Positions 29,317 to 37,572 of a stretch of DNA of 64,000 nt are shown one piece after another. Each line of letters begins with the position of its first letter. Within the stretch, counting starts at the first letter, position 1. This DNA comes from a virus. The notes below the pieces were generated by a model. That model was not told the DNA's origin, ran no database searches, and worked only from the letters and a program-made list of their open reading frames with translations. The translations under genes and the position numbers were made by a program. The stretch lies in IMG/VR virus record IMGVR_UViG_3300045988_105383. The stretch is one strand, 5' to 3'.

Positions 29317-30412
29317 ATCCTGCGGCCGCGAAATCGAGGACAATTCTCTGTTCTGCAATTGGTGCGGAGAAAAACAGATCAAAGCACGCAAGAAGAAGGA
29401 TGAACTCAAGGTCCCAACTCCGAGGAAACTCCCCAGCGGAAACTGGCGGATTTATTTGGACGCAGAGAAGCAGAGTATCACAGAGCCAACGAAGGAACTG
29501 TGCATTGCAAAGGCAAAAGCCATCCGCGCTGGCTTCATCGAGCAAAAGAAAAATACCTCAAGAATCACGCTCGGAAAAGCAATCGATAAAATGATTGCAG
29601 AGCGGGGGCCTTCTCTTTCCCCTTCTACACGCCGCAACTATATGTCATATCGAAAAAATCACTTTCTCGATTATATGGGTCGTGACCTTTCTGGAATTAC
29701 AAGGAGTGAATGGCAGATTGCCATTGGCGAAGAGCTGAAGCATTGTTCCGCAAAAACTGTCTGTAATATGTGGGCTCTCGTGACAGCCACGATGAACTAT
29801 TTAGAAATCACTCCTCCAAAAGTTACTCTTCCTAAATTCAAGAAAGGCGGTCGCCCTTATCTTGACTATGAGCAAATCAAAGTGTTCACAAAAGCAATCA
29901 AGGGCCAAGACGTGGAACTTGCAGCTATATTAGGTCTTCATTCTCTTCGCCGTTCAGAAATTATGGGGCTCGCTCGCTCCGATCTGCATTTTGAGTCCAA
30001 AGGATTTGAATACATTTCTGTTTCTGGCGCAGTCGTTTTTGATGAGAACGGTAAGTTAGTCAGCAAAGAAACAAACAAGTCATCCAAATCTACCCGCCAA
30101 ATTCCGGTCCTTATTCCAAGACTTCTTGAAATCATACCCGAAGCCGATGGACCATTGATGAATTGTAATCCTAACACGATATGGAGGAGAATCAATCGGA
30201 TTTGTGAAGCAAATAATTTACCGAAGGTCGGAGTACATGGTCTGCGTCGTTCCTTTTGTTCATTGGCTTATCACCTTAACTGGTCGGAGCAGCGTACCAT
30301 GGATGTTGGAGGTTGGGATGATTTAAAAACAGTCCATGACTTCTATTTGCACGAAGCCCAAAAAGACAAGGACAAAAGCACAAATCGTATGCGGAAATTC
30401 TACGAGAAATAA
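29306..30412 (+). CDS. int: Tyrosine integrase with N-terminal zinc ribbon
   Basis: CKSCG...CNWCG; catalytic pattern LRRSE...HGLRRSF...GGW...DFYLH. Confidence 0.85.
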   Translation: MKCKSCGREIEDNSLFCNWCGEKQIKARKKKDELKVPTPRKLPSGNWRIYLDAEKQSITEPTKELCIAKAKAIRAGFIEQKKNTSRITLGKAIDKMIAERGPSLSPSTRRNYMSYRKNHFLDYMGRDLSGITRSEWQIAIGEELKHCSAKTVCNMWALVTATMNYLEITPPKVTLPKFKKGGRPYLDYEQIKVFTKAIKGQDVELAAILGLHSLRRSEIMGLARSDLHFESKGFEYISVSGAVVFDENGKLVSKETNKSSKSTRQIPVLIPRLLEIIPEADGPLMNCNPNTIWRRINRICEANNLPKVGVHGLRRSFCSLAYHLNWSEQRTMDVGGWDDLKTVHDFYLHEAQKDKDKSTNRMRKFYEK

Positions 30413-30486
30413 CCACTCGATTCCATTTTGCTCAAAAGCAGTTGGAATACAGATGCGAGTTATTGACCCTCCGAGCAACTTGAAGT

Positions 30487-30521
30487 CGTGCCGATTTTCG
30501 TGCCGATTTTCGTGCGTTTTT
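30487..30521 (+). repeat. Tandem arm-type repeats CGTGCCGATTTT x2 plus a degenerate third copy
   Basis: Read directly; a further copy at 30739..30750 on the other side of the tRNA fragment. Confidence 0.6.
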
Positions 30522-30601
30522 GGCTGACTGAAAGGTCAGAATAATGACTAAATAGTTAGTCATGTGGTGCTCTTGCGTTATGGTAGTTTCGCCGCAATAT
30601 A

Positions 30602-30614
30602 TTGAAAATACAAG
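30602..30614 (+). repeat. 13-bp direct repeat TTGAAAATACAAG (copy 1)
   Basis: Identical copy exactly 100 bp away at 30702..30714. Confidence 0.7.
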
Positions 30615-30647
30615 AAAACCCGGTAATCTCGACGATTGCCGGGTTTT
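30615..30647. terminator. Bidirectional hairpin terminator
   Basis: AAAACCCGGTAATC-tcgac-GATTGCCGGGTTTT. Confidence 0.65.
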
Positions 30648-30654
30648 CTCTCTT

Positions 30655-30681
30655 TGGTGCTGATGGCGGGACTCGAACCCG
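30655..30681 (-). other. tRNA 3'-end fragment (T arm, acceptor strand, CCA): att core
   Basis: Minus strand reads CGGGTTCGAGTCCCGC-CATCAGC-A-CCA; the sequence 5' of it is AT-rich and not tRNA-like. Confidence 0.75.
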
Positions 30682-30701
30682 ACTATAAATAAGCATAAAC
30701 G

Positions 30702-30714
30702 TTGAAAATACAAG
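30702..30714 (+). repeat. 13-bp direct repeat TTGAAAATACAAG (copy 2)
   Basis: See 30602..30614. Confidence 0.7.
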
Positions 30715-30738
30715 GTATAAATATATCGTGCAAAATTC

Positions 30739-30750
30739 CGTGCCGATTTT
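30739..30750 (+). repeat. Arm-type repeat CGTGCCGATTTT (right-side copy)
   Basis: Identical 12-mer to 30487..30498. Confidence 0.6.
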
Positions 30751-31124
30751 TTGCATTAAACCAAAGTAAGGCCAAGGCTTCTTTTCCGGAAATCTTATGC
30801 ATCACCGAAAGGTACAGATTTAACATCAACGAATGCAGCAAATGTGGTTTCAACGGTATTCGGCAGAACTTCATTGATTTTTTCTTGCATGACCCAAACA
30901 TATAGCAAAAGCAATCCTGCGCCTGCGTTTTTTTCTTCGCAGTGCTTTTTCTTTTCGCAAAGGTCCGTGATACCGAAAAGCCGTGCATTCGCTTCCAGCC
31001 ATTTGGAATCGTGAACCACAAATCGCTTTGCGAGCAGGCCCCGTGTTCCGCAGCTCTCCATATAGTTTCAAAGCGATCTCCGTAGTATTTTTGAATCGCT
31101 TCTTTTCGGGATATTCTATCCACT

Positions 31125-31319
31125 CTAGTCCTCCTTTTCCTTGAAGCAGCTCCGGATTTTGATTCCCTTAGAGATTTCAAATTCCGCGAGATAGAATCTA
31201 CGCTGAGGATGTATCCAAATCACATTTCCGTAATATACTTTCGTTGTGCTGTCGCTTCTTCCATCCGCATGATCTGCCAGCGAAAATTTTTTCTTCACTT
31301 TATCTCCGACCTGAATCAT
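31125..31319 (-). CDS. Small hypothetical protein
   Basis: 64-aa ORF. Confidence 0.4.
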   Translation of the reverse strand: MIQVGDKVKKKFSLADHADGRSDSTTKVYYGNVIWIHPQRRFYLAEFEISKGIKIRSCFKEKED

Positions 31320-31488
31320 TTTTTCTCACTTTCCCTTCTGTTGCAGGCCGATACACTTTTCCATCTTTGTATGCTTTATAGCCGGCCTTCATCATATTTC
31401 TGATCGTCGTATCACTGTAAATGCAGCTCTCATGGCTGGTTGTCATCATGACTTGTCCATCAAGCGCTCGGACAATCTTGAATTCCAT
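31300..31488 (-). CDS. Small hypothetical protein
   Basis: 62-aa ORF. Confidence 0.4.
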   Translation of the reverse strand: MEFKIVRALDGQVMMTTSHESCIYSDTTIRNMMKAGYKAYKDGKVYRPATEGKVRKNDSGRR

Positions 31489-31494
31489 ACTTTC

Positions 31495-32337
31495 CTACCT
31501 CCCAGAGCGTAGCCTCCAGTTTTTGTCTGTCCCTGTGTTTCTCAGGCAGAATCCCTTCGACCGCTCATAGATGCGGCTCCCAAGAGCTTCGTCCAGCTCC
31601 AAAAGCTCACTGATGCTCCGCTCCGTAGAAATCACCGTCAGCTTATCCGGCTGATTGTAGCGCGCCATCAGAATTTCAAGGGCAACGTCTGTGTCTGCCT
31701 TTGTCGGCACTTCGTTTTTGCCGCACTTGAGAAAATCGTCGATGTAGAGCACATCCGCCGTCTTGTACTTGCGGAGCTGGTCGCTGCGCTCGTCCATGTC
31801 CCCGTCGTAGGACTTCAGGGCGCGGATTTGATCGCGCCACATGAGGTACTGCACCGAGCGGCCCTGTTTCAGCAGTTCTCCGCAGATCGCCACGCAAAGG
31901 TGGGATTTGCCGGAGCCGACCGCGCCGGACATCACAAACCAGCCTTTTTGTTCCTGCAAGTACCGCTCCGCCGTCCGCTTTGCCGCCGCTTGCCATGGCT
32001 CCACAGTCTGGAACCGGTCGAGGGTATAGATCTGCAAAAGGTCTTTCAGTCCGCTGGACTCCGCCCGCTGGATGCTGTTCCGCGCGTCCATACAAGCGCA
32101 CCGAACCATCGTCACGGCATTGTGGCGAATCTCTGCGATGCACCCTCGGTTTTTGCAAAGTGGGCAATCGTAGCCCGTCAGCGTCCCCGGATTAGCATTG
32201 AACGAATCGCAGCGGAATTGCAAGTAGGCCGCGTTGTCAAAGCTCGATGATATCGAGGTCCCACTGACGCTTAGCCTCTGTCTGATTTGCGCTGGAATTT
32301 TGATCTGTTCCAAGTTTTTTTCTCCTCTCGCGTTCAC
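31495..32337 (-). CDS. DnaC/IstB-like AAA+ helicase loader
   Basis: Walker A GAVGSGKSHL, Walker B VLYIDDF; the 5' 100 nt overlap the upstream gene, so the true start may be internal. Confidence 0.75.
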   Translation of the reverse strand: MNARGEKNLEQIKIPAQIRQRLSVSGTSISSSFDNAAYLQFRCDSFNANPGTLTGYDCPLCKNRGCIAEIRHNAVTMVRCACMDARNSIQRAESSGLKDLLQIYTLDRFQTVEPWQAAAKRTAERYLQEQKGWFVMSGAVGSGKSHLCVAICGELLKQGRSVQYLMWRDQIRALKSYDGDMDERSDQLRKYKTADVLYIDDFLKCGKNEVPTKADTDVALEILMARYNQPDKLTVISTERSISELLELDEALGSRIYERSKGFCLRNTGTDKNWRLRSGR

Positions 32338-32938
32338 TCGATTCCCAAGTCAGGAACTTTTGTTTCCAGTTCTTTACCTCCTGACCTTTGGAGTCCACCC
32401 AGTTTCCGGCAGTGAAATACTCGAAGAATTTCTGCGCCAAATCCGGAATTCCACGCTTGACGGCATATTCTTTCACTTCCTCTAACGTAGGTGGCATAAA
32501 CTCTTTGTTCTTACCTTTCTTCTTAGAAACAGAAATATCTTCTTTTTTATTTCCATTTCCATTTCCATTTCCTAAAGGTAATACCATGGTATTACCATCT
32601 GTGTTACCAGCGTCGATACCAGATGCGGCGTTTCCTTTATTCCATCGTTTGGCGATATTCTCTCTCTGACGCTGACAATGAGCGTCGCGTTTTTCGATCT
32701 CCTGCTCCATACGGTGGTTGTAATATTTTCCCTCTTCGTCCTGCTGAAATTTGCTCATAACCTCGTCAGATGGCTTCTTGACAGCGCGCGTGATCTCCTG
32801 CATCGTCATGTGCCCCCGTTCCCGTTGGAGGCACAGAAGCGTGATATATTGCCCACGCTCCCGCATATCCATCAAGGCGCATCCGGATAGGAAATCGGAC
32901 GTATAAAACAGGACGGCCGGGTCTTTTCCACTTCCCAT
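32237..32938 (-). CDS. DUF1376/DnaD-like replication initiator (replisome organiser)
   Basis: MGSGKDPAVLFYTSDFLSGCALMDMRERGQYITLLC... plus C-terminal ...FFEYFTAGNWVDSKGQEVKNWKQKF; ATG 32938 has GGAGG RBS. Confidence 0.65.
   Translation of the reverse strand: MGSGKDPAVLFYTSDFLSGCALMDMRERGQYITLLCLQRERGHMTMQEITRAVKKPSDEVMSKFQQDEEGKYYNHRMEQEIEKRDAHCQRQRENIAKRWNKGNAASGIDAGNTDGNTMVLPLGNGNGNGNKKEDISVSKKKGKNKEFMPPTLEEVKEYAVKRGIPDLAQKFFEYFTAGNWVDSKGQEVKNWKQKFLTWESSERERRKKLGTDQNSSANQTEAKRQWDLDIIEL
32524..32598. repeat. Ori-like segment: A-run, (AATGGA)3 and 20-bp perfect palindrome GGTAATACCATGGTATTACC (32577..32596)
   Basis: Near-identical inverted copy at 56523..56591, with one fewer AATGGA unit. 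Confidence 0.7.
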
Positions 32939-32952
32939 AAGCAAAGTACCTC

Positions 32953-33381
32953 CTAGAACGGTAGATCAGGGTCTTCATCCGTCATTTCTGCAAATCCAGC
33001 CGGTTCCAACGTAGCATTTGGAGCCGGTACATGAGGCGAGGAGCTTTCAGCTCCATTTTTCGGCTTGCTGTCACCGAAGTAGATATCTGACGCAACCACC
33101 TCCATAATGCTTTTCTTCTTTCCATCGCGGTCCTCATATTTCCGCAAGGCAAGCCTGCCGGCGATGATAGCCATGCGCCCTTTCGTGAAGTTGCGAGCCA
33201 AGAACTCGGCTGTATTCCCCCACGCTACCAGCGGAACGAAATCTACCTCACCTGTCTCTCCCGGCCTTGTGTAGTCCCGCTCCACGGCCAGAGACACTGT
33301 CGCAACGGCCGTTCCTTTTTGTGTACGTCTTAACTCCGGATCGGCGCAGAGCCGTCCGGCTAAAATTACTTTGTTGAGCAT
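32953..33381 (-). CDS. ssb: Single-stranded DNA-binding protein
   Basis: MLNKVILAGRLCADPELRRTQKGTAVATVSLAV... and acidic tail ...DEDPDLPF. Confidence 0.85.
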   Translation of the reverse strand: MLNKVILAGRLCADPELRRTQKGTAVATVSLAVERDYTRPGETGEVDFVPLVAWGNTAEFLARNFTKGRMAIIAGRLALRKYEDRDGKKKSIMEVVASDIYFGDSKPKNGAESSSPHVPAPNATLEPAGFAEMTDEDPDLPF

Positions 33382-33508
33382 TTGCGTTCTCCTTAATGTT
33401 TTGGAACGATGCGCCGAACCGCTCATTCGCCGCGACACATCGTTTGAATTTTGTTCGTGTCTTTTTGCGTTTTAAAAATAAAATGGTTCCTGCGCGCGGA
33501 AAGCGCCT

Positions 33509-33679
33509 TTACAGGAGCGCGAAATCCAGTGTGAATGTCAGAGCATAAAGGATGAGAAGAAACTCGCAAAAGAAAATGGCGGCCCACAGAGGCTTCCGGA
33601 GTTTGACCGCGATCACCACGGCGGCCGATACGGGAATCAGAGCCAAAAGGTTCGCTACTCCTGCAGCAACTTCCAGCAT
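33509..33679 (-). CDS. Small membrane peptide (56 aa)
   Basis: Own translation MLEVAAGVANLLALIPVSAAVVIAVKLRKPLWAAIFFCEFLLILYALTFTLDFALL; GGAGA RBS; below the track cutoff. Confidence 0.4.
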   Translation of the reverse strand: MLEVAAGVANLLALIPVSAAVVIAVKLRKPLWAAIFFCEFLLILYALTFTLDFALL

Positions 33680-33703
33680 TTTTACACGATCTCCTTTCCC
33701 TTG

Positions 33704-34396
33704 TCAGCGACAAAAATAAATACCATCCTGATAAACCACAATCTCTGTTCCCTGAATGTGCTCGGACTGAAAAATGACATCGTCATCCAATACTCGCTCG
33801 CCTTCCAGCAATCTTCTGGCACAATCGTAGGCGCGCACAACCGCATCAGCCTCTGATTCATTGCTGGCTCTTTCCGGCCATTTGATACCAGTCCAGGAGA
33901 AGGTGTTGTACTGACGGGGCTGCAAAAGCACCTCCTCCATCGTATCGGGGAACCGATCATCTGCAACTCGGTTCAGTACAACGTTACCAACCATCATCCG
34001 GGTCTCATCCGAGCACGAATCTCCGCCGGCCTCTATGTAGATCGTGCAGGCCAGCATCTCAAGTTCCGTCTCATCGACAGTTACGGCTTCTTCCCTAGTA
34101 TCAGCTTCTTGCAGACCGAGTTCTTCTTTCTCGGAGCACGTTTCGTAGGCTTCTGCTGTCTCTTTCAGAACGTCACACGGAACATATTTCTCCTCTGTAA
34201 CCAATTGAAAATTGGTTTTGTCCGGTATTGCTGCAGCATTTGTTCGCGGAGTTTCTTCTTCTATTTCGCTCGCTGTTCGGATTTCACGCTTATCCCTGGC
34301 TACTGCCGCTGCGCCAGCCTTAAAAATCACAAACGTAAAAGTGAAAAGTGCGACCACGAATATGATACATGCAAGCAGATCACAAAAATGTTTCAT
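33704..34396 (-). CDS. SleB-type cell-wall hydrolase with N-terminal membrane anchor
   Basis: ...EMLACTIYIEAGGDSCSDETRMMVGNVVLNRVADDRFPDTMEEVLLQPRQY...; ATG 34396 has GGAGG RBS. Confidence 0.7.
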   Translation of the reverse strand: MKHFCDLLACIIFVVALFTFTFVIFKAGAAAVARDKREIRTASEIEEETPRTNAAAIPDKTNFQLVTEEKYVPCDVLKETAEAYETCSEKEELGLQEADTREEAVTVDETELEMLACTIYIEAGGDSCSDETRMMVGNVVLNRVADDRFPDTMEEVLLQPRQYNTFSWTGIKWPERASNESEADAVVRAYDCARRLLEGERVLDDDVIFQSEHIQGTEIVVYQDGIYFCR

Positions 34397-34826
34397 CGAT
34401 TCCTCCAATCTTGCTGGTTGGCGCGAATACTTGATTTAATTGCTCCATAGCCAGCAGCTTTTTCTTCTTTCTACGATACCGGCTGTTTTCCGTGCTCAAT
34501 CCGGGATGTGCAGCATAATAGGCACGCTTTTTGGCTCTGATTTCTTCTGCGTGTGCCAGATAATATCGCCTATTCTTCTCTTTGACATCGCGGTTCCGCT
34601 CACGTTCTTTCCGGCGTTCTTCTGTTTTCCCGTCAAAAAAGCCAATATGCTTATAGCTCGCAGCGAAACAGCTCTGCGAGCAGTAGTAGGTTGTCGCCTG
34701 TTTCTTTCCATCCCGCTCGATCTGCCGCATCCACGGGCTTTCAGCCGATGTTATAAACGTTTGTCCGCACGTTCCGCAGCACCGCACGAGTGTAAGGCGG
34801 AAATCTGTTTTACGTCTTACACTCAT
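34380..34826 (-). CDS. Hypothetical Cys-rich basic protein
   Basis: ORF track 34380..34835; CCGTCG...CSQSC. Confidence 0.4.
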   Translation of the reverse strand: MSVRRKTDFRLTLVRCCGTCGQTFITSAESPWMRQIERDGKKQATTYYCSQSCFAASYKHIGFFDGKTEERRKERERNRDVKEKNRRYYLAHAEEIRAKKRAYYAAHPGLSTENSRYRRKKKKLLAMEQLNQVFAPTSKIGGIDETFL

Positions 34827-35145
34827 ACTGCTCAATCAGCCGGTCGAGGTAGAATCTCGCTTTTTTGAGGTCTTCGGCCGGTTTTCCTTTGAAGGGATGC
34901 TTCCAAATGTATTTAACAGTCTGCCATGCAAGGACCGCAGCTACCGGACCATCCCATCCTTCGACCATAGCGTTGAGTGCGTCAATGCACTCAATAGAGC
35001 CATGATTATAGTGCGCAGGATGGGAAACCGCGCTTTGCGATTCTTTCGGCAGCAATGTATCACTGAAGCTATTCGTAGGTGCAGTGCGGTCATTCTCCGT
35101 ATAGACTTTCAATTTCTTTGTCCTCCTCATATTTTTCACATCCAC
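34810..35145 (-). CDS. DUF3310-like protein
   Basis: ...HPAHYNHGSIECIDALNAMVEGW...KYIWKHPFKGKPAEDLKKARFYLDRL. Confidence 0.55.
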   Translation of the reverse strand: MDVKNMRRTKKLKVYTENDRTAPTNSFSDTLLPKESQSAVSHPAHYNHGSIECIDALNAMVEGWDGPVAAVLAWQTVKYIWKHPFKGKPAEDLKKARFYLDRLIEQYECKT

Positions 35146-35335
35146 AATTCACAAAATCCGCACAATATGGGCTTTCACCATTGAAGCAAACCTCGTTCCA
35201 TGGCTCCCACCATTTGCAGCTGTCGCAGGTTTTATTCTCCAAAATCGCTACCTCCCGAATCTGCTTCGCGCGAACCTGGCATTCACCTTGTCGTTCCATC
35301 CTGGCTTTAACCGAATGCCGTGGTCTTCCACGCAT
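35090..35335 (-). CDS. Small Cys-rich hypothetical protein
   Basis: 81-aa ORF. Confidence 0.35.
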   Translation of the reverse strand: MRGRPRHSVKARMERQGECQVRAKQIREVAILENKTCDSCKWWEPWNEVCFNGESPYCADFVNCGCEKYEEDKEIESLYGE

Positions 35336-35646
35336 TCAACGTTCAATTTCACTTCTATGCAGTCCGAAGGTTTCAAAAGCAGCGGCTTCCCGCGAACTGT
35401 GATTCGATACCGAAAACCAGTTCCGACCTTGTTGTTGATACGAGCCGCCTCGTAGATTGCGCCGGTCTCTGGCTCCATTCCCCCAGAAAGATAAAGCCTC
35501 CTAGGTATAACGATCAGGACCGGCGTAGAAAATCGGTCATCTCCGGAGTTCCGGCGCGCTTGTTCTGCACACTCCCGGCTGCAGCAGTCCTTTGCATATC
35601 TCCCCCAGCCGGAATATTCTCTTCCGCAGGCCTTGCATCGCATCAT
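35248..35646 (-). CDS. Hypothetical zinc-ribbon protein
   Basis: The track ORF is plausible only from MMRCKACGREYSGW... (ATG 35646, ATGA overlap with the upstream gene). Confidence 0.4.
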   Translation of the reverse strand: MMRCKACGREYSGWGRYAKDCCSRECAEQARRNSGDDRFSTPVLIVIPRRLYLSGGMEPETGAIYEAARINNKVGTGFRYRITVRGKPLLLKPSDCIEVKLNVECVEDHGIRLKPGWNDKVNARFARSRFGR

Positions 35647-35876
35647 CCCAGATAATCTCTGACGCGCATCTTTTGAAGGACCTGCTGTTTCACATACTTG
35701 GACATTTCCTCGTGAATGCAGGCATACTTCTCCTTCGTAAGTCTGGCATGTTCTTCTGAGCAGGTTGGAAGATACTCTGTCCGACCGTTGCAATTCACAA
35801 CACGAACTTTCCACACATAACCAGATTCTCCGATTTCTTTCCCGCAGAATGCGCATTTGACTTTCGCTTCAATCAC
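35643..35876 (-). CDS. Small zinc-ribbon protein
   Basis: 77 aa, CAFCG...CSEEH. Confidence 0.4.
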   Translation of the reverse strand: MIEAKVKCAFCGKEIGESGYVWKVRVVNCNGRTEYLPTCSEEHARLTKEKYACIHEEMSKYVKQQVLQKMRVRDYLG

Positions 35877-36094
35877 TTTGCTTCCTCCGTAACGTAGTAT
35901 CGCTTATATCTGGTAGGCTTCTGATGCCGATTGACTCCATACTCCCAAGCATCTGTGACAACGATGCCGGGGCGGCGTTTCAGATCCCAGATCCGACCCG
36001 AAAGCCGTGTGCAGCCCAAAGCGTTGGTAGCTTCCATCTGCGTGATGGAGCCGTGCTGCTTGCAATACGCAATAATGAGATCACGTGCACTCAC
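35873..36094 (-). CDS. Small winged-helix-like DNA-binding protein
   Basis: 73 aa ...ITQMEATNALGCTRLSGRIWDLKRR. Confidence 0.4.
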   Translation of the reverse strand: MSARDLIIAYCKQHGSITQMEATNALGCTRLSGRIWDLKRRPGIVVTDAWEYGVNRHQKPTRYKRYYVTEEAK

Positions 36095-36303
36095 TTTCTC
36101 AGTCCTCCAATGTCTGCCCAGTTTCGCGCCAAATGGCCTAAACTGTCGTAGTGGATCGCCTCACCATCCACTTCCACCCAGATGCGGCGGTACATGCTGA
36201 CCAGTGACACAGTGTAAACTTTTCCGTGCCGAAGGCCGCGCACACCGCTTTTTCCGATATAGCGGAGCCGAATGAGGCTGTCCTTTTGTCTATGGTCTTC
36301 CAT
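36091..36303 (-). CDS. Small hypothetical protein
   Basis: 70-aa ORF. Confidence 0.4.
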   Translation of the reverse strand: MEDHRQKDSLIRLRYIGKSGVRGLRHGKVYTVSLVSMYRRIWVEVDGEAIHYDSLGHLARNWADIGGLRK

Positions 36304-36354
36304 TCATTTTCCTCTCCACGGCGTTATACCGCATTTTCAAAACACATTTCTAAC

Positions 36355-36819
36355 TCACACTACTCCGCACGGGTAGAAGCAGAAACAGTTCTGAAACCGC
36401 TCGCGCACCATCCGGCGGGCCTCGGGGTCTGGAACGTAGTTGCAGATCGCAAAGTATTCCAGATTGTTGAACTGATACGGAATTGGGCCATCGGCGGCTA
36501 GGAAATCCTGAATCCGGCCATAGTAGTGCGTCGCATTGGGCGGCCGGAACCGCTGCATATCCATTACCCCATCCACACCGATGTAGGCTTTATGATCTTT
36601 GAAGAAATAGCTCTGCGCAGCCAGATAACAACCAAAGTCGATTATCGTCGTGTCTTGGGGAATGAGTTTGCTCAATGCGTAGTAGGCATCCACAAAACCA
36701 AGAAAATTCGGTTCCAGCTCGCATCTGTACTGCAAAAGGATTCTGCGCTGTTCATCAGCGGGGATCAGATTGGAAAGCGTAAGATTTGCCTCTTCGAAGA
36801 ATTGTTCTTTCAGAGTCAT
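36355..36819 (-). CDS. Hypothetical protein
   Basis: 154-aa ORF. Confidence 0.45.
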   Translation of the reverse strand: MTLKEQFFEEANLTLSNLIPADEQRRILLQYRCELEPNFLGFVDAYYALSKLIPQDTTIIDFGCYLAAQSYFFKDHKAYIGVDGVMDMQRFRPPNATHYYGRIQDFLAADGPIPYQFNNLEYFAICNYVPDPEARRMVRERFQNCFCFYPCGVV

Positions 36820-37154
36820 GTTCCCTCCCGACGCACCGCGTCCGCGCAGAAATAATTCTCATCGAACGTCTTCCAGTCGCTGCTCTCCCAAGGATGACAC
36901 GCTTCACCTTCTGAGCCGATAAAATGCGAGTGTTCCTCGCACCACGCTTCGTCCCGATGCCATCTCTGGCAGTCTTTGCAATGAACCACTTCCTCTACAT
37001 CGGCCGCAGAAAACTGTTTGATGGAGCGAATAATGCGATCATAAGTGTCTTCTACGACTCTTTGAGGACACGGATCAGTGAGAGAACCCTTTTGCTTGCG
37101 AATGAGGTCGATTGCAGCACTGCGAAGAATGAATTTGTCACTCATTTCCGGCAT
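36816..37154 (-). CDS. Hypothetical Cys/His-rich protein
   Basis: 112-aa ORF. Confidence 0.45.
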   Translation of the reverse strand: MPEMSDKFILRSAAIDLIRKQKGSLTDPCPQRVVEDTYDRIIRSIKQFSAADVEEVVHCKDCQRWHRDEAWCEEHSHFIGSEGEACHPWESSDWKTFDENYFCADAVRREGT

Positions 37155-37563
37155 CTCCGATCAAAAGTTGATTTTTCTGATAGCACTGAAAGAGCGTCTG
37201 TCCAGAGTCGTTTATCATATAGGGCAAGAAGATCTCATCCATCTGAACCATCTCGGTTTCCAAAATTGCCATCTGCGCAGCTACCCAGTCCTTGATGATG
37301 CGCCAAGCGACACGTTCCGCCTGTGCCCGGTCGCATTTCACCTTCTGGCGCTGGAGCACTGACCATACCGCATCAACGTTTGCCGGGAGCCGGATTCCGC
37401 GCGGGCCGTTCGGCGTGTCGATCATGAAACACAGAGACACAATGCTGCCGGCATCATCATAGTCCTGCACGATCTTCTTGGCGCCGTGCTTCACGAGATC
37501 TGCCTGAATGGTGCCGAGGGTCTTGTAGACATCTACGTCTGTCGTATAATTCTTAATTGGCAT
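37138..37563 (-). CDS. Hypothetical protein, paralog of 61279..61698
   Basis: Shares [55 protein letters not shown] with the plus-strand copy. Confidence 0.55.
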   Translation of the reverse strand: MPIKNYTTDVDVYKTLGTIQADLVKHGAKKIVQDYDDAGSIVSLCFMIDTPNGPRGIRLPANVDAVWSVLQRQKVKCDRAQAERVAWRIIKDWVAAQMAILETEMVQMDEIFLPYMINDSGQTLFQCYQKNQLLIGDAGNE

Positions 37564-37572
37564 GTTCTTACC

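Larger units (their letters stand above)
1..30654. mobile_element. Prophage-like element 1 (temperate siphovirus-type; left end runs off the window)
   Basis: Contiguous minus-strand packaging/head/tail module, RecT-YqaJ recombination module, divergent Cro/CI-type switch, tyrosine integrase next to a tRNA 3'-end fragment. Confidence 0.85.

Noticed and set aside
30683-31180. 165-aa minus-strand ORF at the left end of element 2
   Set aside because: It runs through the att arm repeats and AT-rich junction DNA. Only a central part looks protein-like, there is no clear start or RBS, and it is possibly a decayed gene. I could not support a call.
32550-32570. (AATGGA)n microsatellite as phase-variation switch of the initiator gene
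   Set aside because: The repeat unit is 6 nt, so copy-number change (3 versus 2 units in the two copies) keeps the frame and only adds or removes Gly-Asn. It is more informative as part of the ori-like block.
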